A DNA stretch of 64,000 bases from an uncultured delta proteobacterium (lineage in GTDB: Bacteria > Desulfobacterota > Desulfobacteria > Desulfobacterales > CAWEAR01), in assembly GCA_963806835.1 (NCBI GenBank), contig CAWEAR010000013.1:16901-80900 (forward strand), written 5' to 3'. The notes under the pieces are model-generated. The model did not search any database and was not told the DNA's origin. It saw nothing but the letters and a program-made list of their open reading frames with translations. Shown one piece after another: positions 1-10,149 of this stretch (the first letter of the stretch is position 1; each line of letters starts with the position of its first letter). A program made the position numbers and the translations under genes.

Positions 1-441
1 ATAGGGGTTACATCCGCCGGAGATGTATATTCAAAATCGCTGAATCCGATTCAGGCTCTTTCTAAGAGTTTTGCTCAGACGTATGAGGTAACGGAACTGA
101 CCATCATCAGTATTGTAAAACTGATACAGGGGACTGTTTCGGCAAAAACGCTTGGAGGACCTATTATGATTGCCCAGATGGCAGGGGAGCAGGTCAAAGA
201 AGGGGCATTGCATCTGCTCTTCTTTATAGCGCTTCTGAGCATCAACCTTGCTATTCTGAATCTTCTTCCCATACCTGTTCTGGACGGGGGGCATCTTGTT
301 TTCTTTTTTATAGAACTGATTATGAAACGCCCCGTCAGTACAAGAGTGCGTGAAATTGCCACACAGACAGGGATATTTATCCTTTTTCTGCTGATGATAT
401 ATGTCTTTTACAATGATATTAGCCGGATATTTTCCAGTTGA
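1..441 (+). CDS. rseP: RIP (site-2) metalloprotease RseP, C-terminal part; 5' end outside window
   Basis: Frame 1 is open from base 1 to the stop at 439-441. The tail GGPIMIAQMAGE...LLSINLAILNLLPIPVLDGGHLVFF matches the conserved last membrane segments of M50/RseP proteases. Confidence 0.75.
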   Translation: MGVTSAGDVYSKSLNPIQALSKSFAQTYEVTELTIISIVKLIQGTVSAKTLGGPIMIAQMAGEQVKEGALHLLFFIALLSINLAILNLLPIPVLDGGHLVFFFIELIMKRPVSTRVREIATQTGIFILFLLMIYVFYNDISRIFSS

Positions 442-443
442 TT

Positions 444-596
444 CTATTTACCGCCTTTAGGCGGTCCGTGTGAAATCAGACGTTTACCGCACTGCAGGAC
501 CCGCCTGTAAAAGTTTGTAGTACCGCCTTTAGGCGGTCCGTGTGAAATCAGACTGTTACCGCAGCACGCCGAACCGCCTAAAGGCAAATTTTTTCG
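444..596. repeat. Family-1 REP-like element: two tandem copies plus a partial inverted partner (core ACCGCCTTTAGGCGGT)
   Basis: GTAGTACCGCCTTTAGGCGGTCCGTGTGAAATCAGAC occurs twice (about 446-490 and 517-562), with AACCGCCTAAAGGC at 572-586. The same core recurs at 4359, 9805, 12391, 22229, 26799, 30412 and 33037. Confidence 0.85.
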
Positions 597-759
597 GAAA
601 TCTGCATGTGTTAAGAGATCGGCGAGGACGGCATTGCAAAAAATGCGGAAGAGGCTTTGCATGTGGCAAATCAGTTAGTTGCAAAGATAGGCGGCAAAGC
701 ATAATAATTATCGCCCCTTCCTTTCAGGACAGGGGGGTTAGGTCTTTAATAAGGCATCT

Positions 760-1980
760 TTACGGACGTCCCCAGCAGCGTAAGCACATACTTGTCAGGC
801 TGAAAAAGAGTATCTGCCAAATCAAGGATTCATCTTCTTCAACAGCTTCAATATTATCAATAATCTCCGGTAACGGCACATATTTTCCGAAATGAATTTC
901 ACTCTTCGCCAGTCTGACCATCTGATTATCAGTACTTTCCGATGAAAGCAGAAGAGAGCCTTTGGAAAATTCCTTTGCATGACGTAACTCCTGAGGATCA
1001 ACCTTATTCTTTTTCAGTTTCCAAAGCTCCTGTAACAGCAAATCAATTGTCATTTCTGTCTTATCAGGATGAACCCCTGTACAGATTCCGAACATTCCTG
1101 TATCCATGTATGAACTGATAAAAGAATAGACTGAATAAGCCAAGCCTCTTTTTTCCCGTATCTCCTGAAAAAGCCGTGAACTCATATTTCCGCCGAGTAT
1201 GGTATTCATCAGAGAAAACGCATAACGGCGAGGATCAGTGATTGCCAGCCCCGGCGTCTCAAGACATATATGAACCTGCTCCAGTTCTTTGGGATATACT
1301 GCGGTCTGTGAATGAAATTCAGGCGATGTCCGCTCCGGAAAACCGTTCCCCGGAGTAAGAGATTCAAACGCTGGTCCCACCAGATCAAGAAACTGCTCAT
1401 GTTCCAGATTTCCGACAGCAGAGATTACAATCCGTTCAGGCTGATACAGTCTGTGAAAAAAATTTCTTATATTTTCCGCATTAAATCCGCTGATATTCTC
1501 CTCTGTTCCAAGAACTGAGCGCCCAAGCGGATGATCCCCCCAGAATGTATTTTCAGCAAGCAGATGAATATAATCTTCAGGAGAGTCTTCCACCATTCCA
1601 ATCTCCTGAAGAATTACAGGACGCTCATTTTCAACCTCTTTTTCATCAAAAAGTGAGTTTAAAAATATGTCGCAGAGAATATCAGCCATTGTTCCAAGAT
1701 GTGTATCCATGACTTTGGCATGAAAACAGGTTGTTTCCATTGTGGTGAAGGCATTTGAGTTGCCGCCGACCGTGTCAAATTCTCCGGCAATCTGAAATGC
1801 TGTACGTCTGGCGGTTCCCTTGAAGATCATGTGTTCAATAAAATGGGAAAGCCCGTTTTCAGCGGGCAGTTCATCTCTTGCGCCCGCATTGACCCACACC
1901 CCCATTGATACAGAGCGCACATAAGGCATTTTCTGAGTCAGTATTCTGATTCCGTTATGAAGAAGAGTCTTATTTACCAA
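760..1980 (-). CDS. M16-family zinc peptidase (insulinase-like); probable frameshift near the 3' end
   Basis: Contains the HFIEHMIFKG (HxxEH) zinc motif and an M16 two-domain layout. After about 840 a second frame reads DLADTLFQPDKYVLTLLGTSVKMPY* (stop at 747-749), which is the usual family C-terminus. Confidence 0.85.
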   Translation of the reverse strand: MVNKTLLHNGIRILTQKMPYVRSVSMGVWVNAGARDELPAENGLSHFIEHMIFKGTARRTAFQIAGEFDTVGGNSNAFTTMETTCFHAKVMDTHLGTMADILCDIFLNSLFDEKEVENERPVILQEIGMVEDSPEDYIHLLAENTFWGDHPLGRSVLGTEENISGFNAENIRNFFHRLYQPERIVISAVGNLEHEQFLDLVGPAFESLTPGNGFPERTSPEFHSQTAVYPKELEQVHICLETPGLAITDPRRYAFSLMNTILGGNMSSRLFQEIREKRGLAYSVYSFISSYMDTGMFGICTGVHPDKTEMTIDLLLQELWKLKKNKVDPQELRHAKEFSKGSLLLSSESTDNQMVRLAKSEIHFGKYVPLPEIIDNIEAVEEDESLIWQILFFSLTSMCLRCWGRP

Positions 1981-1996
1981 TGTTTTTATCTTCCAA

Positions 1997-2066
1997 AAAC
2001 CTAACCCCCTGCCCCCTTCCCTGAAAGGAAGTGGGAAATATGCAGGGGCGAATAATTATTCGCCCT
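1997..2066. repeat. Family-5 element (AACCTAACCCCCTGCCCC..TTCCCTGAAAGG) plus the palindrome GGGCGAATAATTATTCGCCC
   Basis: An inverted partner lies at 701-745 on the other side of the M16 gene. A full palindromic copy is at 16327-16410, and a related palindrome is at 18074-18103. Confidence 0.7.
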
Positions 2067-4214
2067 TACGGTTTTGTTCTTCCAAAACCGCTTTATGGCT
2101 TAACCGTATTTTTCCGTCTTTGCCGACTTCAATAACTTTGACTTTAAGCGGATCCCCTTCTTTCACAACATCTGTTACCTTTTTAACACGGGTCATTGCA
2201 AGCTGTGAAATATGCACAAGTCCGTCTGTTCCGGGTAAAATCTGGACAAATGCCCCGAAATCTGTGATTCTTACCACTGTCCCGTCATAAACCTCGCCGA
2301 CCTCAGCCTCTTTGACAATCTCTTTTATCCGTTTTACAGATGCTTCGCTCTCTTCTTTGGATGTAGCAGAAACCTTTACCAGACCTGTATCATCAATTTC
2401 AATCCGTGTGTTTGTTTCACTTTGAATCGCCCGGATAATCTTTCCCGCAGGTCCGATAACATCCCTTATCTTGTCAGGATTGATTTTAAAAGTAATTACT
2501 TTGGGCGCATAAGGTGAAATTTCATTTCTTGACTCTTTCAGGGTCCCCAGCATTTTATCAAGAATAAAGATTCTTCCGACCCTGCCTGCTCCAAAGCCCT
2601 CTCCATAATCTCTTTTGAGATTTCATGAATCTTTATATCCATCTGAAGAGAGGTGATGCCGTCCTTTGTTCCGGCTACTTTGAAATCCATATCGCCTGTG
2701 TGATCTTCATCTCCGATAATATCGGAAAGAATCACAATCTTATCGCCTTCTTTCATCAGACCCATGGCAATTCCGGCAACCGGACTCTTTATCGGAACTC
2801 CGCCGTCCATTAATGCCAGACTTGCCGCACATACTGTTGCCATAGATGATGAGCCGTTTGATTCAAGTACTTCTGATACCACCCGGACTGTATAATCAAA
2901 GCCTTCTTTGGGGGGGAGAACTTTTTCAATTGCCCGTGTTGACAATCCCCCGTGTCCGATGTCCCTGCGGCTCGGTCCCCCAAGACGCTTTACTTCACCC
3001 ACAGAAAACGGCGGAAAATTATAATGAAGCATAAACGGTCTTGATTCTTCACCGCTCAGGGTTTCAACTCGCTGCTCATCCTGACCTGAGCCGATAGTCA
3101 GAACCCCTAATACCTGAGTTTCACCCCGTGTAAAAAGTGCGCTGCCGTGAGGTCTCGGAAGCATACCGACTTCACAGGCAATAGGACGTATTTCATCAAA
3201 TTTTCTTCCGTCAATCCTGCGTCCCTGATTCAGAACCAAATCTCTGGATAAAGTTTTATGAAGATCATGAAATATTTCATTAATGTCATTTTTACGGTTC
3301 TCAGCGCAGACTTCTCCCATTTGTTCATGCAGACCTGTTCTGATTGCTTTAAATCTGTTATTTCTCTTTATTTTTTCAGGTATTATGATTGCTTCGCTCA
3401 TCGGAACCAGACAAAGAGATTCGATTCTGCTTATCAGTTCCTTATCTTTTTCAGGAGAGATAACAATGCGTTTGGGCAAGCCTACAGCCTCTCTCAGTTT
3501 TATCTGCAAATCAATCATCGGCTGCAATGCCTCATGTCCGAAGAATATTGCCTCAAGCATTTCAGCTTCACTGACAATATTCCCTCCCCCCTCCACCATT
3601 ACAACTCCGTTTTTTGAACCGGCAAGAATGATATTTATATCACATTTTTCAGATTCTTTGATGGTAGGGTTAATTTTCAGTTTTCCCGCGATTTTGCCTA
3701 TCCTGACGCCTGCAATGGGTCCTGAATAAGGTATATCTGATATTTCAAGCGCCGCAGATGCCCCCGTCATGGCAAGTACATCCGGATCATTCTCCTGATC
3801 CATGGAAAGTACCGTTGCTATTATCTGCGTTTCATAATGAAAATCTTTGGGAAAAAGCGGGCGGATAGGACGGTCAATCAGGCGTGCGGTCAGTGTCTCT
3901 TTTTCACTCGGTCTTCCTACTTCACGCCGAAAGTAATTCCCCGGTATTCGCCCTGCTGCATATATTTTTTCCTGATATTCAACTGTCAGAGGAAAAAAAT
4001 CTGATCCCGCTATCATTTCATCCTCAGAGACAACTGTAACCAGTACAATTGTCTCTCCATACTGAACCACTACTGCACCGGATGCCTGTTTGGCAAGCTT
4101 GCCGGTATGAATACTGAGGGGTTTGCCTCCGACCTCTGCTTTAAACGATATTTCCATATTCTCCCGCTCTTCAAAATCTGATAAAAGCTGATCATCATCT
4201 GATTCCTGTTTCAC
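2056..4214 (-). CDS. pnp: Polyribonucleotide nucleotidyltransferase (PNPase), split into two ORFs by one frame break near 2545-2600
   Basis: ORF 2538..4214 carries the two RNase PH domains. ORF 2056..2553 carries KH ([11 protein letters not shown]) and S1 ([19 protein letters not shown]). At the junction, ALEQA continues as [19 protein letters not shown] in the other frame. The likely true start is [11 protein letters not shown] (about 4157). Confidence 0.9.
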
Positions 4215-4358
4215 AGAGGATGCCCGAATTAACTGCCCATGTCTTACATCCTCTCCGCAGGCTTAACTTCCCGTCAGGCTGACGGTAGATTTTTTTATAT
4301 TTTAAGCCGCAAGAGCCTTGAGGTTCAGAGCGGCGTTGAATTCTCTGTCAATGACTCA

Positions 4359-4424
4359 GGTTCGTAGTACCGCATTTATGCGGTTATTCACGCCCACCGC
4401 CTGAAGGCGGTACTACAAACTCTT
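4359..4424. repeat. Family-1 REP-like double hairpin in the rpsO-pnp intergenic leader
   Basis: GTTCGTAGTACCGCATTTATGCGGT...ACCGCCTGAAGGCGGTACTACAAAC: two hairpins in an inverted arrangement. Confidence 0.8.
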
Positions 4425-4447
4425 CAAGACCCTCAGGGTTTTAAAGA

Positions 4448-4717
4448 CTATCTTCTCAATCCAAGCTCTTCAACAATCATTCTGTACCGTTTTACATCTT
4501 TGTTTTTTACATAGTTTAAAAGTCTTCGGCGCTTGCCGACCAGCATCAGCAAGCCTCTTCTTGAATGATGATCCTTTGTATGTACTTTAAAATGCTCTGT
4601 CAGATAAGAAATCCGATATGTCAGAAGTCCGATCTGAACTTCAGGGGAACCGGTATCATCTTCATGCTGTTTATATTTTTCAATCAGTCCTTTTTTCTCT
4701 TCTGTTGTAAAAGCCAC
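4448..4717 (-). CDS. rpsO: 30S ribosomal protein S15
   Basis: 89 aa. Contains [35 protein letters not shown], the typical S15 sequence. It sits between truB and pnp as in most bacteria. Confidence 0.95.
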   Translation of the reverse strand: MAFTTEEKKGLIEKYKQHEDDTGSPEVQIGLLTYRISYLTEHFKVHTKDHHSRRGLLMLVGKRRRLLNYVKNKDVKRYRMIVEELGLRR

Positions 4718-4740
4718 TTTTTTTCAGCCTCCTATTTTTG

Positions 4741-5655
4741 TTAGAAACTTGAAGTTTGAAATACGCAACAATAATTATAAAATTTGCTTTCCTTATTTAA
4801 GACTGCAAGAAGATTGTTGCTTATATCAATAACTTTTATAAAGCCATCCGGCATATCAGTTGTAAAATCTGTTTCTGTGATACTCTGACCATAGATAATT
4901 TTTTTTATAAGCCTGTTATCGGCAATACAGACCGGCATATTATGCAAAGCGTCTGCCATAGGAATAATCCTGTCATATAATTTCCCGGATAAATCAGGGA
5001 ATAATTCCAGTTCTGAAAGTTTTATTGCATCTTTAATATTAAATCCGCTGCTCTCAGTTCTTCTCAGTTTTTTTAAATGCCCCCCGCATCCGAGTGCTGT
5101 TCCAATATCAGCGCATAATGTCCTGATATATGTTCCGCCGGAGCAGGATACTTCAAAATGAATTTCCGGCAGATTTATATGAAGTATATCAAGGGATGAT
5201 ATAATAACAGTTCTCGCATCTTTTTGTACCGGATTACCTTTTCTCGCAAGTTTGTAAAGTGGAACTCCTTTATGCTTTAATGCTGAATAAACCGGAGGAG
5301 CCTGTAGAATCTCTCCTTTAAACTGTTGAAATACAGAATATATCTTTTCTTCACTAAATGCTGACGGCTGTATCTCACATCTTGAAACAACTTTTCCGGT
5401 TAAGTCCTGAGTATCTGTTGCTGTTCCCAGAAAAAGAACTGCTTCATATCTTTTACTGCTGCGCAGAAAAAATTGGGCAAGTTTTGTTGCCTGATTGATA
5501 CAGCAGACTGTCACGCCTGTTGCAAAAGGATCAAGCGTTCCTGCATGTCCGGCTTTCCGGGCATTAAACAGCTTTTTGACACGGGCAACAACCTTTGCAG
5601 AGGTTATATCCTCAGGTTTGTCAATAACAATTATTCCGCTGATTTCCGGCTGCAT
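4741..5655 (-). CDS. truB: tRNA pseudouridine(55) synthase TruB
   Basis: Contains GIIVIDKPEDITS and GHAGTLDPFATGV (catalytic Asp motif). An alternative GTG start at 5691 overlaps the rbfA stop (GTGA). Confidence 0.9.
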   Translation of the reverse strand: MQPEISGIIVIDKPEDITSAKVVARVKKLFNARKAGHAGTLDPFATGVTVCCINQATKLAQFFLRSSKRYEAVLFLGTATDTQDLTGKVVSRCEIQPSAFSEEKIYSVFQQFKGEILQAPPVYSALKHKGVPLYKLARKGNPVQKDARTVIISSLDILHINLPEIHFEVSCSGGTYIRTLCADIGTALGCGGHLKKLRRTESSGFNIKDAIKLSELELFPDLSGKLYDRIIPMADALHNMPVCIADNRLIKKIIYGQSITETDFTTDMPDGFIKVIDISNNLLAVLNKESKFYNYCCVFQTSSF

Positions 5656-5687
5656 AAAAAAATAAGTTGCAAGGCACAAGTTGCAAA

Positions 5688-6089
5688 TCACAGGTCAGAA
5701 TTCTGCATCCTGTCTCCTGCATCCTGAGTCCTGCCTCCTGCCTCCTGAACCTCTTTAAGCAATTTATCAATGTGCGATCCGTAATCAAAAGATTCATCAT
5801 AAAAAAACTGGAGTTCCGGCATATAACGAAGTCCTAACTGAGATGCCAAAGTACGTTTGATATATCCGCGGGCGCTCTTAAATCCTTCAGATACTTCTTT
5901 TCTCTTCTCCTTGCTGTTGTCGCCGGATATGGAAAAATATATCCGTACATATTTCAGATCATCAGACATTTTAACACCCGTTATAACCGTTGTTTCAAGA
6001 CGGGGATCTTTTGTCCCTTTCATTAAAATATCTGCCACATTTTTTTGTATCAGACTTCCGACTCTATCTGAACGTTTAAATGTTCTCAT
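5688..6089 (-). CDS. rbfA: Ribosome-binding factor A, with a low-complexity C-terminal tail
   Basis: N-terminus RSDRVGSLIQKNVADIL...DLKYVRIYFS...LRYMPELQFFYD is typical RbfA. The tail EAGGRTQDAGDRMQNSDL is encoded by a CCTGC-rich short-repeat tract (5703-5748). Confidence 0.85.
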   Translation of the reverse strand: MRTFKRSDRVGSLIQKNVADILMKGTKDPRLETTVITGVKMSDDLKYVRIYFSISGDNSKEKRKEVSEGFKSARGYIKRTLASQLGLRYMPELQFFYDESFDYGSHIDKLLKEVQEAGGRTQDAGDRMQNSDL

Positions 6090-6277
6090 TGGTGACCATC
6101 CTTAAATAATGCCAATTAATGTTTAAAATTAACCTTATTATTCAGCAGATATATAACACCGAATTAACCGGCAGGGCGATAGCCCTGTCCGGTTGAATGA
6201 CTGGTTATGCTTAAGAACAGTATGGTTCGGCACGCATAACCCGCTGTTAGTTCCTGATTCTTAATTCTTAATTGGTA

Positions 6278-6565
6278 TTAATAGTTGATGATTTCCATCT
6301 CTGTATTTACCACTTCAGCCAATCCCAACTCATCTGCCAGATTAAAAATTTTATCTATTTTTGAGTTTATTATGCTCCGGTCATTTCCAACCACCGAGAA
6401 ACCTATCAATGCTCTCTGATAAACATCATTTAATCCGACCTCCGCAACCGAAATATTGAAATGATTGCGTAACTGGCTGATAACCGCTTTTATGACTCCT
6501 CGTTTCCCTTTTAAAGAATGACAGTCATTCAATTTGAACGTGATAATTCCGATACCAACGACCAT
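6278..6565 (-). CDS. ylxP: DUF503 (YlxP-like) protein
   Basis: 95 aa. It occupies the position between infB and rbfA that ylxP holds in the Bacillus nusA-infB operon. The sequence ...FKLNDCHSLKGKRGVIKAVISQLRNHFNISVAEV... fits DUF503. Confidence 0.7.
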   Translation of the reverse strand: MVVGIGIITFKLNDCHSLKGKRGVIKAVISQLRNHFNISVAEVGLNDVYQRALIGFSVVGNDRSIINSKIDKIFNLADELGLAEVVNTEMEIINY

Positions 6566-6716
6566 AGATTTTTTTATCAGTTGTCAGTTATTCTTTGCTG
6601 ACAACTGTTTATTTATTGTCAGGAGATCGAAAATTTTTTCATACTGCTCTGTTGTCGGATTTCTCAATCCGACGCAAGCATTTCCGATCCGCTGTTCACT
6701 GAGTACTGTTCATCGG

Positions 6717-9660
6717 TTACTGTTCACTGATAACCGGCTTAATTTCTTCCATATAATAGCATTCGATAACATCGCCGAGCTTTATATCATTGTAATTTTC
6801 AATTCCTATTCCGCATTCATAACCGCTTATAACCTCTTTGACATCATCTTTGAATCGCCGCAATGAACCGAGTTTACCGTCAAAGATAACAACCCCTTCT
6901 TCTGAGAAGTCGAACAAGCTGTCCTCTCTGAATTTTTCCGTCTGTTACATAACATCCTGCAATGGCACCTATTTTTGGAACATGAAAAACTTCCCGCACA
7001 TCAGCTCTTCCCAAAATCCGTTCTTCATAAGTTGATTTCATCATTCCGACAATAGCATCCTGAATATCCTTTATAACATTATAAATAATATTATAAAAAC
7101 GGATGTCAACATGCTCTTCATTTGCAATTGTCTGAACTTTTGGAGTGGGTCTGACGTTAAAGCCGATAATAATTGCATTTGATACAGCAGCAAGCGAAAC
7201 ATCCGATTCAGTAATTGTGCCGGTTGCCGAATGAATTATATTGATGTTTACTTCCTTATTGGAAAGTTTGATAAGCGAATCTCTGATAGCTTCAATAGAA
7301 CCGTGAACATCAGCCTTGATAATCAGATTAAGGTCCTTTACTTCACCCTGCTGCATCTTTTCAAACAGCTTTTCAAGGCTTATTCTGCTTGTTTTTGCAA
7401 GGTCTATGGAACGCTGTTTCTGTATACGGTGCAGACTCACCTGTTTTGCGCTTCTGTCATCCGACACAGAGACTAACTCATCTCCGGCGTTAGGTACCCC
7501 TGATAATCCCAGAATCTCTATAGGAACTGACGGACCTGCTGCATCAACCTGAACCCCTCTGTCATTCAGCATGGCGCGAATCTTTCCGTGATGTATGCCG
7601 CACACCACTGCATCCCCTGCGCAAAGGGTACCATCCTTTATAAGAACTGTGGCAACAGGACCTCTGCCGGAGTCTAATTTTGCCTCAACCACATAACCCG
7701 CTGCTGGTTTATCATGATTAGCTTTTAATTCAAGCACCTCTGACTGAAGAAGGATCATTTCAAGGAGCGTATCAATCCCTATATTCTGCTTTGCAGAGAC
7801 TTTGACAAAAATCGTCTCGCCTCCCCAGTCCTCCGACATAAGTCCATGTTCGGAAAGTTCACGATATACCCGATCAATATTTGCATTGTTTTTATCAATC
7901 TTATTGACGGCAACGATTATCGGAACCCGGCGGCTCTGGAATGATTGATAGCCTCTACGGTCTGAGGCATAACGCCGTCATCAGCCGCTACAACCAGTAC
8001 AACTATATCTGTTACCAATGCTCCTCTGGCACGCATAGCTGTAAAAGTCTTCATGCCCCGGTGTGTCCAGAAATGTAATCTGCCCTCTTTCTGTTGAGAC
8101 ATTATATGCGCCGATATGCTGTGTGATTCCGCCTGCTTCATTTTCAGTTACCCTGGTTTTCCGAATGACATCTAAAAGAGATGTTTTACCGTGATCTACA
8201 TGCCCCATGATTGTTACTACAGGTGCCCGCCATGTCATATTTTCAGGCACATCTTTTTCACTCATTTTCAGAAAACTGTTTTCTTCAAAAGATGCTTTCT
8301 CCACTTCATAATTAAATTCCGCTGCCACTGACGCTGCTATATCAAAATCTATGGTCTGGTTGACAGTTACCATCACCCCCAGCCCCATCAGTTTAGCAAT
8401 CATCTCAGCGGCTTTTATACCCATCCGTTTTGCCAGATCCGAAAGAACAATAGTATCATCTATTTTTATCCTTCGCTTAATTGCCTTGGGTGTTGTTATC
8501 TGTGGCTTCTGGTTCTGAACAGTTGTTTTGACCTTTTGATTTTTACGCGATTTTTTTCCACGCCCGCCGTAAAGCTCATCTCCTTCAACAACCTCTTTCC
8601 GTTTAAATGAGATTTTCTTTTTCGCCCAGCGAATCTCTTTCGGTTTTTTATCATCGCTGACGGATTCTGTAATTACGCCAACCTCTTTTTTCCGTTTCTT
8701 TTTATACTTATCTGCTGTTTCAGACAAATCTTTCGGGGGTATCTGCTCGGCTGTTACAGGTCTGACACTTGAACTATCTTTGGAACCTGAACCGTCTATA
8801 GGATGACGACGAGGTTCCGGTCTCCGTTTCCCATGAAATTCTCTGTTATCTTTTACATGGACAACAGTTTCCGATGTTGCTGTCTTTTTAGCAGCCGGAG
8901 CCTTTGCAGACAATTGGGATTCCTCGTTCAGAGACGGCAATTTTATAATTCTTGCAGGCGTATCTTTTCTTCGCCGTTTTCTTTTTCTTGATTTTTTAGC
9001 TTTGAGATCAGCGGGGGATAACGGATGATCAGACTTCTTTTGTGACGGATATGGAGAATCTTTTCTCTCTTTGCCATCCGAAGTATTCCCCGATGATTCA
9101 GAACCTCTTTTATTATTGTTCCTCTCTTTTGATAAGGCTGAAGGAGATACTGCTTTTACCGGAGTATCAAAATTTGGAACCTTTTTTTCCACCGGCTCAC
9201 TTTTTTCGGGAAACCTTTGCTTCCCGTCCTTTTGTTCTGCAAACCCTTTTTTTTCAAAAGATTTATTCTTGTATTCAGATGGTTCTCTTTCCCTTTTTAT
9301 AAAATTGGGAAGAATTTTTTCAGAAGGCGATCTTTCATTAATCGGATCATTGCCTCCGACTCCGGTATTACTTTCCTTTTCCGAATAAGATTCTGTTACG
9401 CCTGTATCTTTCTGCTCTTCAGATAAAACAGATTTCTTATGAATAAACTTTTTGCGTCTTCGGATAACAGTTTTTTTGTCACGTGTTTCATCCGGAGCAT
9501 CTTTGCCAAGAAGATTTGCCCTGATTTTTGATACAGTTTCATCATCCAGAGAACTCATATGGCTCCTTACCACGATATCCATTTTACCCAGTTTTTCAAG
9601 GAGTACCCTGTTTTTCATATTAAGATCCTTGGCAAGCTCATATACTCTGATGTTTGCCAT
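6717..9660 (-). CDS. infB: Translation initiation factor IF-2, spread over four ORFs by three frame breaks (about 8040, 7925 and 6900)
   Basis: N-terminus [13 protein letters not shown], then a long K/E/S-rich linker and a G domain: [18 protein letters not shown](D)F then TAMRARGA in the next frame, then NKIDK. The C-terminal domains run through ...[23 protein letters not shown]. One break is at the G run CCGGGTTCC near 7925. Confidence 0.9.
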
Positions 9661-9804
9661 CCATTCCCCCTTCATTAGCTGCCGGTTTTAGCGGTACAGA
9701 ACAAAAATAAAATTTTTACACTCCTGCAAAAATAAAATTTCTGCACTCCCTGACTAATCGCCATTTTTTTTTGTTTCATCATTATCTGCTGCATTTTCAG
9801 GCAG

Positions 9805-10149
9805 ACCGCCTTTAGGCGGAACCACTGCACCGCCTAAAGGCGGTACTACGGACAAAGACTTAGCACCGCCTGAAGGCGGTACTGCGGACAAAGACTCAGC
9901 ACCGCCTGAAGGCGGTACTGCGGACAAAAACTAGCACCGCCTGAAGGCGGTACTGCGGACATAGACTCAGCACCGCCTGAAGGCGGTACTGCGGACATAG
10001 ACTCAGCACCGCCTGAAGGCGGTACTGCGGACAAAACTGGCACCGCCTGAAGGCGGTACTGCGGACATAGACTCAGCAACGCCTTCAGGCAGTGCTGCGG
10101 ACAGAGACTCAGCACCGCCTTCAGGCGGTACTGCGGACAGAAGAGAAGA
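9805..10149. repeat. Tandem array of about 10 units (34-36 bp) derived from the Family-1 hairpin, spanning the nusA 3' end and the nusA-infB spacer
   Basis: Cores ACCGCC-NNNN-GGCGGT start at 9815, 9839, 9875, 9911, 9946, 9982, 10018, 10052, 10088 and 10123. The unit is CACCGCCTGAAGGCGGTACTGCGGACAAAGACTCAG and translates on the minus strand as SAVPPSGGAESM. Confidence 0.9.

Noticed and set aside
6717-9675. infB (and pnp, rimP, selA, galE) might be genuine pseudogenes.
   Set aside because: IF-2 and PNPase-operon genes are essential or near-essential single-copy genes. The pieces are otherwise perfectly conserved, with no premature degeneration. Assembly indels are the parsimonious explanation.
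9805-10149. The regularly spaced palindromic repeats might be a CRISPR array.
   Set aside because: The whole 36-bp period is repeated, including the 20-nt segment between palindromes (ACTGCGGACAAAGACTCAGC), so there are no unique spacers. The period is too short, there are no cas genes, and the array is in frame with nusA.
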